Position numbers and translations under genes: made by a program. The notes beneath the pieces are model-generated. The model saw nothing but the letters and a program-made list of their open reading frames with translations, was not told the origin of the DNA and did no database searches. A stretch of DNA of 64,000 nucleotides from Phoronis australis (Eukaryota; Animalia; Phoronida), in assembly GCA_002633005.1 (NCBI GenBank), contig NMRA01000083.1, forward strand, positions 897,161 through 961,160, read 5' to 3'. Below, piece after piece: positions 39,201-47,825 of the stretch; the stretch's first letter is position 1; each line of letters opens with the position of its first letter.

Positions 39201-42200
39201 GACACAGCTTATGAAGCAAAGTCACGCAATAACAAACTGTCATATTTTCAAGAATCTAGAATTTATTTGTATTCGTTACACTTAGAAATGTTCATTTTGA
39301 TTAGGCTGTGTACGGAAGCCCAATAGTGTCATTTTGAAGAGAAGAAAACTGTTTTTGTATCTGGCGGCCGCCACGTAATTATATGACGGCCGCCACCTGA
39401 TTGAACGCATGACAGCGTTTTCCTGTTCAGTGATTTTACCAGACGAAGGGGCTGATAACATCTAGCTTCTTTGTTAACTGCCAAGTAAAGTCTTTTTGTC
39501 TGTTATGAATACAGGCAGGCCAATTATCTACCAGGCTTATTACAGACCACGTGTGAACACCGTCAAACCCAGAGCGAATTGGTACATTAAAAAAGAATAG
39601 ATTATCGTAACTTCGGTTGCAGTTGAGCGATTTTGGCGATTCAGAAACTAAACATGATCACCAATGGACGAGGATTTCAAAAATGCTATTGGTTTATGTT
39701 CAAATATGTTATAACTTAACTTTTATTTTTAATAGCACAGCCCAGTCAGGCTAGAAACGATATTTTTGAAGATTAGAGCAATTATTGAACAAAAGAGAGA
39801 TGGCCCTCCAACCATGAATGCCAGAATGGAGTTAATCAGTCGTGTAAGATATTGGCTTGGCTCCAGGGGTAAACTTCCCAACGTGTTGTTGTGCTAAAGA
39901 ATCAAACAAGTTGGGAGCAACGGGAAAATGGACTTCCGGAATGTCGCTTCCCTCTGAAAGCGACACTATTATCTATTATATAAAATGCATCGCTCATGCG
40001 AACTCCGTCTCCCCCGCTCCATTACAGACCTTCATTGCGCCCGTTTCTGCACCGCCTTGGTCCCTGGTAGTGCACCGGTTCTCCATTTCGATTCGAGGTG
40101 TTCTACATTACAGTGTTCTGTCGTTTTCCAGACGTGAGGGGTGTTGAACGAGCGATAACGTCTGGCTCTTTTGTTAACTGCCCAGCTCAGTCTTTTGTCC
40201 CGTATGATAACAAGCAAGCCAATTATTTCCCAGGCTTCAATGGAAACGTATGGTGGTTACACGCTATTACCGAACGCGTATGAACACAGACAAACCCAGT
40301 GCGTTGGTTATCCGTTTGGACAGAATAGATTGTCTTAACTTCTGTTGTTTTTGGGCGATTTTGGTGATTCAAAAACGGAACAGGATCAGCATTTTACGAG
40401 GAATTCAGAAATGCTACTTGTTTAAGATCAAATATGTTTTAACTTAACTTTCATTTTTATCACCTCAGCCCAGTCAGGGTAGATACGATCTGATTTGAGA
40501 TTAGAGCAATCGAACAAAAGAGCGCAGACCCTCCAACCATAAATGGCAGAATGGAGTTAATCAGTCGTGTAAGATATTGGCTATGGGGGTAAACTTCCCT
40601 ACTTGTTGTTGGACTATAGAATCGAACAAGTTTGGAGCAACGGGATGTCGCCGCCATGTTTACTTTTTCGCGGTCCGTTTTTTTTTTCGCGGACGTGGAG
40701 GGAATGTGTCCAGTTTCGTGCTGGCCTTGGTGACGTCCCGTATATACTTCTTCGGCAAAATTAATGATGTCGTTAAAAACTATACTTTTCTTTGAGTTAC
40801 TTATTAACCGATGTTGAAAAAATGGCGTTCTACCATTATTTTGCTACTATAGTGGTAGGCTCTTTTGGGTCGGCCTTCGGCACCATTGCGTCACCTATTG
40901 GCCAATTTTCCCGATTCTTCAATCAACTGTTCTTCTCTTCCACGAGGTTGTGTATATGTCATTATAATCGGAACTGGTTTCATTTCGTTACAAGTTTTTA
41001 GTATCTTAATACCAGCAACCCAATATAATTGCTGCGAAGCTGTCATCATCTCCTCAGAGATATCGCAATTGTTCAGTAGGAATTGGCGCGTGCGCGTGTC
41101 ACGAGCGCATTGTTTTCAAAACGACGACGTACTTTCTTTGTTACAAAAGGCGGGGAATTACGCAAAAATGGCGTTTATTATGTTAACTTTTTTCACTTAA
41201 ACGATTGCAACGGGCAATTTGAGTGTTGGTTGATTCCTAAAGATTTAGCATGCACCCCGCTAGCCAGCATGCACCGCGCCGGTCGTGAGCTCTACACGTT
41301 GCTTTTTAAAGCTTCAATCAGAATTTTAAAAAATATAACGGTCTTTTCAACAAATATCCCTCTCTCTTGCGATGAACACTAAATGTTCACTTGAAGGTGT
41401 AGCTATTTCCCCTCGGCATTTCTCAAACACCAGTTGCTACCCGTGCGTATCTTTGGAAAATTCTCCTTGTATACGCCCACTCGATGTAATAAAGCTGACT
41501 TCTTCTGCAGGAAAACGGCAAGTAAAATTGATTATGGTGCCCAACTTGTTCGCGTATTTATACCTGTTTGCTTGCTTTTACAAACACCATTACAAAAAGC
41601 AAAAGTCAATAGATTCGTGAGCGTTTAGCCACTGTACTTTCGACCGGAACACACGCAGCGGGTTATTCGACAGGAGATTTCCGAACAAATTAGAAGTAAT
41701 TTCCGCTGGCTATTTTTGTTTTGTTGATAAATGTATTCCCATTGTGGTTTTATTGTGTGTAAATTTCGAGCAGTGTATAGTTACATCCATCACGTCAACA
41801 TGTGCTCATCTTTGCAATGTTTTAGCTGTTTTACTAAATACAAATTGAGAAACTTTAGACCCTCAGATATAGCAACAGCGTAATGTGTAAATGAATTATT
41901 GGCAACCACTCAGTTATTTAGGATACCACATGATATATTTTTGAGATGATTCCGGAATATAAAAAAAAATTATGGCGATTTTGAACACCCAGAAGTCGCA
42001 GACTCGCAGGGTCTTTAGGTATAGCGATTAAAAATTAATTTCATTTTTGTGACTTATTGCAAGTTCTTAAAAATTATCAGCTATTGTTGTCCGACTTACT
42101 TGCTAACATTGCGAAACACTTCGAGTAAGCTTATGTTCTGAAACGATTATAAACATCATTACAAACCCGTCTCCCTGCATTCATAATTCTTCTTACACTC

Positions 42201-45200
42201 CCCTTGACAATAGGTGTCGTATGTGCAGTGTCTACTTCCGCTACACCTTTTCGTGGCATCCTCCTAAGGAATTTATATGAAAATAAAAGGTGGCGATTAC
42301 AGCTCTTATATCTCACACATGATTTCTCATAAAAACACTTTTGATCCTTCAACTCATGTACTTTGCTGGTTCCCTCAATCTCCGCTCTCGGACCATTATA
42401 TCAGGTATCCCAAACAGTGAGCCACTTTTTGAAATGTACATGTAATTTCTCAGAAACGGATCAACCGAATTTTTTTCAAATTTCTTACAGATAAACTTTT
42501 GGATATCACCAACAAATGCTCAAAATATCAAAGTGATTGCCATAGGAGCATCTGGTAAGGGGCGTACAACAGTGTATGATCACATTTTTAGAATTTAGAG
42601 AAAACGAGCACTCTGAATCTGTAGTCAGATTTTTTCTCGCACTTGCAGGGAAATGGTAGTTTTTGGGAGAAAACTGTCAAATTTGGGGGTTTTAGTCCTA
42701 TTTTTCCATGCCGGGATTTTGTCGATGTGAAATAAACAATTAAAAGTATGTATCATAATTAAGTTTCAGTTATCATGAGTGTCCGCCTCAGAGAAACAAA
42801 AACTCCAAAAAAATAGAAAACGAGACAAAAGTTCACTAAAAAGGCAGGAACTACCAAAAATCGGGGAATGCACAATTCATAGCTCTGAGCGTACCCCATG
42901 AATCTTAGTAAATGGCCCACATTCTCAAAAATTCGAGTCCCCCATGTTTAAGGCTGGGTACGCGCATGCGTATGTGGGAATTTCGAAAGAACAGGAAGTT
43001 TTGTGACTGTCAAAATGAAGAACGACGTATGCTGCAGAATACCCCTATGACAACGTGATAAAACGTGAAACAACAGTACATAAGAAAGCAGACCACGGAC
43101 TGAGCATGGCTTTGCGTACCTTTACCGAAACCTGCCAGACTGATGGTCGTGATTTGTGACCGTATATTGACCAAATCCCTTTGCTTTACAGATTAAAGTT
43201 CGCATATGTGTAGGTATGAAAACATCGGATGCTCTGGAGCAGTACAGTCGCAGTTACATTGATTTTGGCCTAAATCATGAAAATAACATCTCATTTACAT
43301 TAAATAGCTGGGAAATGGACACAACTTAAAAACTGACTTCACAGTTGACATTTCTTATGTTTTCTTCAACAATTCCTATCATTTTAGTAGACATACAATT
43401 GGTAATTGAAGTCACCTTGAGCCAAAGTGTGTTAATTTTCGTTGTTTGATCAGGCTACCACACGGGGTACGATAAAGACGACAATGGCTACATGTATATA
43501 ATGGAACTGGATCATTATCAAATCACAAGAACTGAGTTCTACTGGTATATTTTTTACACAGGCACTTTAAAACAGAGGACTTTATCAAAACAGTTTTCAA
43601 GAAAAACATCACTGGAAAAAATCTATTTTTCCATGAACAACCCCGCTTGCATGAATAAACGAAAGGTGTTAATACTAACCCCAAAAAATGAATTTTTCAA
43701 GCCATTTTCATAACATTAATGTTTTACTCCTATTCTCTTGAAACATTGGAACGTTGCAGCTGAGCCAGTATGAGCGACATCAGGAGTGCAAGTCAAAACT
43801 TCAAAAAGTTCCTAAGTGTTGAACAAATTTAATTTCTTGCTTCTTTCATGTCTCGAACTAGTGTTAACACAACTTTGTTCGTCGTGGTTCTTACAGTTTC
43901 AAGGTGATTACTTAAGTTGCTTCGAAAGTGTTACACCTGACTGTAAATGACTTTTACTTCAATGTGGAGAAGGGACATAGGAGCCATAGAATCAAGGGGC
44001 AGAATTTGATGACGATTTGTCTGCTGTTTGTTTGTGCCTTTCTAAGACCCTGCAGTGTGTGCTGATTGTAATATGGTATGCGTATCACTGGTAAATTATA
44101 CAAACACTTTTTGTTCTACCTTTTCCAACTATTTTTCACAAAATTTCTATTTTATTACGCATGCGCTTTTTGTTAACAAGAGATCATCGATCTTCTCACT
44201 CTCTTTCATTTGAAATAGCTTGAAAACCTGAATTCGGCACTTGTCTTTAGTAACATATGGTCCCGGTATTTGTAATTAAAGTGGTTTCCTTTTTAAAAAA
44301 GCACATGTTCGTTTCTTTTTTAGGTGTGGCCAACGGGGTTAAATGTGCCTGCTAGGATCCCTGAGGCAACATTTTTATAAATAATGGGATTATGTACATG
44401 TATGTCAACTCCAAATTTCAATATTTTGTTAATATTCATCACCACTTACAAATTTCGTGAAAATCATCTACTATAAACAAAATAATATTTTATTGATAAA
44501 TAACACATATGAGTGTCGTGGAAAACGTGAAAACACAATTACTAAGTCTAAGTATTAGTTCTTTTTGAGGTGATAGTGCGGTATTTTCTCTTGTTTATAT
44601 TTTCAAAACGAGAAAGTCATCTAATGCCAGCAGAAATGGATCTGAATCGTTCTTTCTTTTTTTAGCCTCAACGGCAACACGATCTCAGCTAGTAAGGAGC
44701 AGGTTTTCAGTTAAAATGAGGCGGACGCAAACCTAATGCTATTTTTGTCTAACTGGTCCAAATAAGTAAACTGTATATTTCATACAGGGCTTGAAACATT
44801 GTCCAGTGTTGAAAAAGGCAATGATGCTGAATAGTAATTCTTGCTGTGGAATTTGATTTCCCTCACCTGCTTAACAATTGCTGCTTTATTCTTGATATAG
44901 TAGTTATCCAAGGTGACCACGTCAGCATGGGTCCAGTTATACAGTCTATGACTGTACAGTCGACAGGTCTGACCTTCATACGTGTGTACATCACAACGTG
45001 TCGAGTCCAGACACGATTGCATACAATATAAATGAACAGGATAGTTCGTCTCCTTCAGAAGTTGAGCTGAGGCGGAATTTCCATCATCGTTCACGTTTTC
45101 AAATACACTGAATGAATTGTACAGATTATTTGAGCCAGTGTCCCAGCTGCAGGACGCACCTAAGACTATTCTCGGACCACTGATGACAACAACCAGAGTA

Positions 45201-45235
45201 AATACCAGGCAAATCAGGGACCGGCTTACGGCCAT
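10244..45235 (-). CDS. Gene A (22 coding exons, ~1172 aa): secreted PAN/apple - Cys-rich - EAR(EPTP)x4 - FA58C x3 - LamG - EARx3 protein
   Basis: Exons 45235-44867, 42263-42167, 39059-38951, 37492-37376, 32058-31928, 30958-30783, 30553-30400, 28765-28551, 27536-27432, 27143-26993, 25268-25057, 24740-24624, 22317-22182, 21933-21722, 20625-20518, 20262-20121, 17887-17735, 16405-16325, 15959-15890, 15464-15370, 14920-14816, 10707-10244. All introns are GT-AG with matching phases and no internal stops; total 3519 nt. Only the exon-4 acceptor is ambiguous. Confidence 0.88.
11262..14325. mobile_element. Probable ~3-kb non-autonomous DNA element bounded by inverted arrays of TGTTACATTTTACG, in the last intron of gene A
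   Basis: 11270-11390 (ATGTTACATTTTACGTTGCTAAACACTCCTAAA...) is the reverse complement of 14150-14265 (...TTTAGGAGAGGCTTAGTAACGTAAAATGTAACA). Exact ends not resolved. Confidence 0.55.
14816..14920 (-). CDS. Gene A exon 21: LamG C-terminus
   Basis: ttttcag| GYAADIYMDGWMKDLFYFDHVLSLEDVKDVRQMSS |gtaggt; phase 1-1. Confidence 0.88.
15370..15464 (-). CDS. Gene A exon 20: LamG
   Basis: cttttag| ISFYVDGHAELNNQENLVSMSDDDASHTVFV |gtaagt; phase 2-1. Confidence 0.88.
15890..15959 (-). CDS. Gene A exon 19: LamG
   Basis: ttccag| DGTSYVSDGQWHHIAFTFDSQTNR |gtacta; hallmark DGQWHH motif; phase 1-2. Confidence 0.9.
16325..16405 (-). CDS. Gene A exon 18: LamG
   Basis: tttttctccttccag| ETYGVNGKRFALSSGKIKVGIFNVRTI |gtattt; phase 1-1. 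Confidence 0.8.
16557..17254. repeat. Two ~170-bp direct repeats (16557-16726, 17086-17254) flanking ~360 bp
   Basis: ATTTATATGCGCTAACTGCGAAGCGATAC...GGTGGGTGACAA.CTGCCA is present twice with only a few substitutions. Confidence 0.85.
17735..17887 (-). CDS. Gene A exon 17: LamG N-terminus
   Basis: ttttcag| APLLSNEAFFDGTTRFTAGYDINFKRDWSFSLFVKTTSENVGLFGRQQAN |gtaagc; phase 1-1. Confidence 0.88.
18503..18747 (+). mobile_element. tRNA-derived SINE
   Basis: A-box-like TGGCCTGGTTGA (18516) and B-box GGTTCAAGTCC (18559), then a non-tRNA body. TAAGTGCGCAG is repeated at both ends (possible target-site duplication). Confidence 0.65.
20121..20262 (-). CDS. Gene A exon 16: FA58C-3 C-terminal part
   Basis: tacgttag| FAGNSNQNTTVYQVFDAPQLARKIRIKPTAYHGYKSLRLELYGYDNF |gtaagt; phase 0-1; absent from the ORF track. 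Confidence 0.92.
20518..20625 (-). CDS. Gene A exon 15: FA58C-3 middle
   Basis: ttttcaaag| GRADADQWVTAMEVHVSRDGINFECLRTNGSRACKS |gtaagt; phase 0-0. Confidence 0.92.
21722..21933 (-). CDS. Gene A exon 14: FA58C-3 N-terminal part
   Basis: ttcccag| ...ALGVQDGRIPYGQTMSTS...DYVEVDIGTLAVVTKTGTQ |gtaaaa; phase 1-0. Confidence 0.92.
22182..22317 (-). CDS. Gene A exon 13: FA58C-2 C-terminal part
   Basis: tttgtag| FKGNADKNTIVFQPFREPQLARYIRVQPVTYHNYKSMRLGVYGHK |gtataa; phase 0-1. Confidence 0.92.
23659..24514. mobile_element. MITE/non-autonomous DNA transposon with long imperfect TIRs
   Basis: TTGCTCTAAA..CCTCGACCCCCACACCCCACGA..CGACCCCCTCGATCCAC at the left; GTGGATCGAGGGGGTCGTGGGATGTGGAGGTCAAGG..TTTAGAGCAA at the right. 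Confidence 0.7.
24624..24740 (-). CDS. Gene A exon 12: FA58C-2 middle
   Basis: tttattag| GRNIADPHHQWVTSMKIFTSTDGVTFNCITSFTTNDCEI |gtaagt; phase 0-0. Confidence 0.92.
25057..25268 (-). CDS. Gene A exon 11: FA58C-2 N-terminal part
   Basis: attacag| ...RPLGLTDGAIPVESIEATS...SWCA...DYVQVDLGQLYYVTKTATQ |gtaagc; phase 1-0. Confidence 0.92.
25352..25491. mobile_element. Small MITE
   Basis: Termini CATGGGCG / CGCCCATG; internal repeat TAGCCC..CCCACTTTTTTCAGT; GTACA on both flanks. Confidence 0.6.
26993..27143 (-). CDS. Gene A exon 10: FA58C-1 C-terminal part
   Basis: aacag| LFSGNFDNSTVVSNVLARRMAARFVRFYPKSWTGWVVLRAELYGYTAEHK |gtaagt; phase 0-1. Confidence 0.92.
27432..27536 (-). CDS. Gene A exon 9: FA58C-1 middle
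   Basis: atttcag| GRSCCNQWLETYELHYSNDDVTYNCFKETIASDCK |gtagga; phase 0-0. Confidence 0.92.
28551..28765 (-). CDS. Gene A exon 8: FA58C-1 N-terminal part
   Basis: atttcag| ...HPLGLENGDILNSTMSASS...AHKARLNNSPGWAAASLDDQWLQISLDREYVIVKVATQ |gtatgc; phase 1-0. Confidence 0.93.
29246..29521 (+). repeat. Tandem array of five 55-bp units at the 5' end of the Penelope fragment
   Basis: CAACGAATTTGCAAAAGAATGGCTATCCCCTAGAATTAGTCAATAGGGTACTGAA x5; units start at 29246, 29301, 29356, 29411, 29466. Confidence 0.95.
30118..30165 (+). ncRNA. Hammerhead ribozyme motif in the Penelope pLTR, probably inactivated
   Basis: CACTT-CTGAAGA-TGGTGT..ACACG-GAAA-CATGCC-AAGTC. The cleavage triplet is GCC instead of GTC and the stem II closing pair is broken relative to the 6411 copy. 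Confidence 0.6.
30400..30553 (-). CDS. Gene A exon 7: EAR repeat 4
   Basis: tctttcag| VSNSLDCVIFDENGATYAYFPSVADDAGKVEGSSIASQQMFIKYSDTIFTN |gtaaac; phase 0-1. Confidence 0.85.
30783..30958 (-). CDS. Gene A exon 6: EAR repeat 3
   Basis: acccatag| GLFTLYQTLKHRSIGGLCIHRSDAGALYLGLAQSNATHQSIIYTWNELSQMFENPEYLN |gtgagt; phase 1-0. Confidence 0.9.
31290..31540. repeat. Imperfect inverted repeat (old MITE-like hairpin)
   Basis: TACAAATTCCGTAGCCG..AACTCCAC..CACCGAAAATACT versus AGTATTTTCGGTG..GTGGAGTT..CGGGTATGGAATTTGTA. Confidence 0.55.
31928..32058 (-). CDS. Gene A exon 5: EAR repeat 2
   Basis: gttgcag| QSVVFVSDDTHYIVSASLQVDDTGTYSTSEDANVTVHRFDKTT |gtggga; phase 2-1. Confidence 0.87.
33380..36160 (+). 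mobile_element. Heavily decayed CR1/L2-group LINE (endonuclease plus RT)
   Basis: INILSLNA (EN start), SLSDHFP, NHSPVSLLPAFSKLLEN...LFYDPQYGF, IFLDLSKPFDTLDH, GLPQG, HADDT; numerous stops and frameshifts. Confidence 0.8.
36213..36273. repeat. (CA)n microsatellite abutting the assembly gap
   Basis: About 30 perfect CA units. Confidence 0.97.
36274..36646. other. Assembly gap (373 N)
   Basis: Run of N between the (CA)n and (CT)n tracts. Confidence 0.99.
36647..36721. repeat. (CT)n-rich microsatellite
   Basis: CTCT tracts interrupted by CCCCGTC. Confidence 0.9.
37376..37492 (-). CDS. Gene A exon 4: EAR repeat 1/2 (acceptor uncertain)
   Basis: NGVNECNYNASSTPSVYYYDPRKREYTFYQSLEAIENAQ |gtaagt. 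The phase-compatible acceptor is an AAG 4 nt downstream of an out-of-phase CAG (exon start 37496). Confidence 0.78.
38755..38812 (+). mobile_element. Partial tRNA-derived SINE head
   Basis: GGAAAGCGTCGGACT...GTCATGGGCTCGAATCC, B-box-like; no complete cloverleaf. Confidence 0.4.
38951..39059 (-). CDS. Gene A exon 3: EAR repeat 1
   Basis: cttttcag| DFTQQEPLLKEVVNTTIASGIQHVTIDGKHFLIVVNG |gtgagt; 109 nt, same length as the paralogous exon 61800-61908. Confidence 0.92.
39424..40646. repeat. Diverged direct duplication of ~500-530 bp (39424-39926 and 40114-40646) in intron 2
   Basis: Collinear shared blocks, e.g. CAGCCCAGTCAGG, CAGAATGGAGTTAATCAGTCGTGTAAGATATTGGCT, GGAGCAACGGGA. Confidence 0.8.
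42167..42263 (-). CDS. Gene A exon 2: PAN C-terminal Cys plus 4-Cys mini-module
   Basis: ttccttag| EDATKRCSGSRHCTYDTYCQGECKKNYECRET |gtttgt; phase 0-1; homologous to 55113-55215. Confidence 0.88.
42781..42968 (+). mobile_element. Truncated copy of the CATGCGC-ended MITE family
   Basis: GTCCGCCTCAGAGAAAC...GGCTGGGTACGCGCATG; homologous to the copies at 60829, 62113 and 63600. Confidence 0.7.
44867..45235 (-). CDS. Gene A exon 1: signal peptide plus PAN/apple-like domain
   Basis: MAVSRSLICLVFTLVVVISG (hydrophobic leader); CMQSCLDSTRCDVHTYEGQTCRLY (PAN C-x3-C-x5-C...C-x-L pattern); donor CAG|gtgagg. Confidence 0.9.
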
Positions 45236-45667
45236 CTCTTTCTCTCTCTTTCCTACACCAAATAAAATTCATGGTTAACGATTAGCTTTTTAATTGGGGT
45301 GTATTAAAATAGAACCCATCATATCAGACACTGCGTACAATGAGCCTATCAAAGTAAACAAAAGGATGCTGGCAACCTTTATTAAAGTCACTTCAATACT
45401 GATGCCTTTTCTATAGGAGTGCGTCAAACCAGCTTCAGTATTGATCCACATCCGGACACATTTATAGAATGTACGAATTCACCGTATCAATATTTATTGA
45501 TGGTCACCTGAGACACAAAGAAAATGAAAATATTATCGAGATCAATTTTTTTGAACACGTGTAGATGACTTTATAGTCTTAACGTAGTTTGGCTTAAAAT
45601 GATACCTGTTCTACCAATCCTCGATCAGTCACCTACTAGTGCATCATTGGGGTCCCCCTGGAGTGAT

Positions 45668-45883
45668 AAAAGCAGGAGTCAACTAAGCATTTGTAGTCTC
45701 TGAGTCACAAATTGGATACCATATAGTTCTTGCTGGGTGGTGTTTCCCTACAGTTGTTTGGGTCACGCTCGCCCGTTCAGCAAACTTTGTAGGGAGTTTG
45801 CTTCAAACTTCTGAGGGTTGTCGAGGGTCATCACTTTTGTTTCAGAGAACTGGATGAGAAAGCCGTTTTTAACATTTGTTAAT
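45668..45883 (+). repeat. Dispersed repeat, second copy at ~60576-60827
   Basis: Shared collinear blocks AGCAGGA, TCACAAATTG, TGGGTGGT.TTT.CC.ACAGTTG, TCGAGGGT, AGAGAA.TGGATG.GAAAG.CGTTTTTA.CAT.TGTTAAT. Confidence 0.6.
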
Positions 45884-47319
45884 TGGTCAAAATCGTGTTT
45901 GGTATCCTTTAAAAGGAAAAGTCAATATGGCGCTCACTGGAATTAATCACCGATAATCACTTTAATTGCTGGTCATTCTATTAAAAATTCACGCAAAGCA
46001 ATATGCTTAATAGTCATGTCTCTCTGCTTCTCATTTCAAACACAATAATCGAACAGTGATCATCTCTAGTCATACGCTGTATTTACTCGGTGAAATGGTC
46101 TATAGACACATTAATTGCAACCTATTGCGTTTTCTAAATGACAGCCACGAATGCTCGAGTGCCTGGACTTTAACGACCTTCTTCTCTTGTCCAGGGGATT
46201 CGGACACAGAGATGGGTATCAATGATAGTCGCTGCCTGTTCGCGGAAACATTGTTTTCCGTCCACTTTAGGCGCTGGTTACTATAAAACTAATTCGGTCA
46301 TTGAAAGTTGCACTTTTATCCTTGTTTGGGCAGTAAAATCGGTTAACTACAACAGCAGAAAAGTGCATTACAAATGGTGCTCCTTTGCTGGTATGTCACG
46401 ACCTGCATTGTGTTACCTGTCTGAGTAACACAATGGGGAGACTTGACTTGTGTATGCCGCCGCTTATTACTAAGTGGTCTTAATACCCCCAAAGAATGCA
46501 GTAAAATTTTAATAGGTGAGCGCTTCATGAGAAACAAGTTTATCTAAGCAACAAAAGTGTAGTTGATTCATGGCCACTGTTTTTTTTTTGGTGCACTATT
46601 TTAGTTGCTCACTTTTTCAAAAAAGGATGAGCAAAAATAATGAAGGACTTGCTTTTTACTGATCGCGTGGTAAATCATGGCGTTTCAAATCTTGCTTAGC
46701 CTTTATGTAGCTTTTCAAAAAACACACGAAATTTTCGCTGAATTTGATGCAGGCGCAAAAAAGGGATACCCGCCTGCTTAGTATGGACTTTGGAGTGAGC
46801 TTCCATAAAAAGCACCCTTGTGTAGGGTTCGTTTCAGAAACAATATTTTGCAGGGATTAAATCCATAAGCGTGGTCCCTTCGTTGGAATTTTTAGACAGT
46901 TGAATGTTACTGAGAGTAACCCATTAAGCCCGAAATAGTAAGCACCTCTGTTGAAGATAAGTATTTCATTAGTGGTAATTTGATAATAGTCGCAGCCTTT
47001 TTGCGGATAAAGGCACAAAAATAAAATAGCTAAAACCACTCGAAATGTCGCCCAAGTCCCAGAACTTTGCAATCATTCTGTATTAGTAGGTTCCCGTACA
47101 GGGACATCAGAGGGAGCACAGTGAAATTATTTACATACGGTATAGGTATCCCATACGCAATTAGTTGAGTAAAGCCAAATTCCAAAGGGACTTGAATAAA
47201 CCTTGCCATGTTACAAAGAGCCTCTTTTTGATTTTAAAAACAATACATTCCGCACAGTGCAAAGCGTGATTTTTTCGCATATCTATTGAATAGTTATGTC
47301 TCAAATACATACACAGAAG

Positions 47320-47825
47320 GTACCGAGAATGGTGTAGATGAAGTAATATCCCACTCGACATTATTCCGTGTATCGACCGAGACCGAAGGTTGAGGTCGAT
47401 ACGCAGAATTATTTCGAGTGGAATATAACTTCATCTACGCCAATGGAGGTACGCTTTGTATTTATCCCATACTGTTCGAATTCCTAAGTTTCTTTCATTT
47501 TTCCTCCAGATTTTTCAAATACTTCACTCAGACTGTTCACGTGACGGATCACATCCTATATGTATGTGCTTGAGCTTTATATTACAAGTTTCTCTAGGAA
47601 AAGAAACAGTTTTAAATTAACGATTTATTACATGAAAAGAGATAACGAAGATGAAAACAACTGTAATTATGCTTTGAACTTGTAACATTTCCTGAAAATA
47701 GTTAAATAACAACAATATTTGATATTGTAGATACCGAGGAATTGGCGCCTGAGTTGCAGACGATATAAAATTTAGCAATTGAAAACTGAGACAGAAATGT
47801 CATTTAATTAACAGTTTTGTACCAG
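47320..47825 (+). repeat. Host repeat (same family as 5866-6702) with a palindromic head; continues at 50470-50518 after the LINE insertion
   Basis: Hairpin ATGAAGTAATATCCCACTCGAC..GTATCGACC / GGTCGATACG..TCGAGTGGAATATAACTTCAT; collinear with the 5.9-6.7 kb copy. Confidence 0.8.

Noticed and set aside
10244-45235. Naming gene A as TSPEAR, LGI, ADGRV1, neuropilin or CNTNAP
   Set aside because: It shares individual domains with these genes but not their architecture (no LRR, CUB, Calx-beta or TM segment; LamG is internal; EAR repeats are split), so no symbol is assigned.
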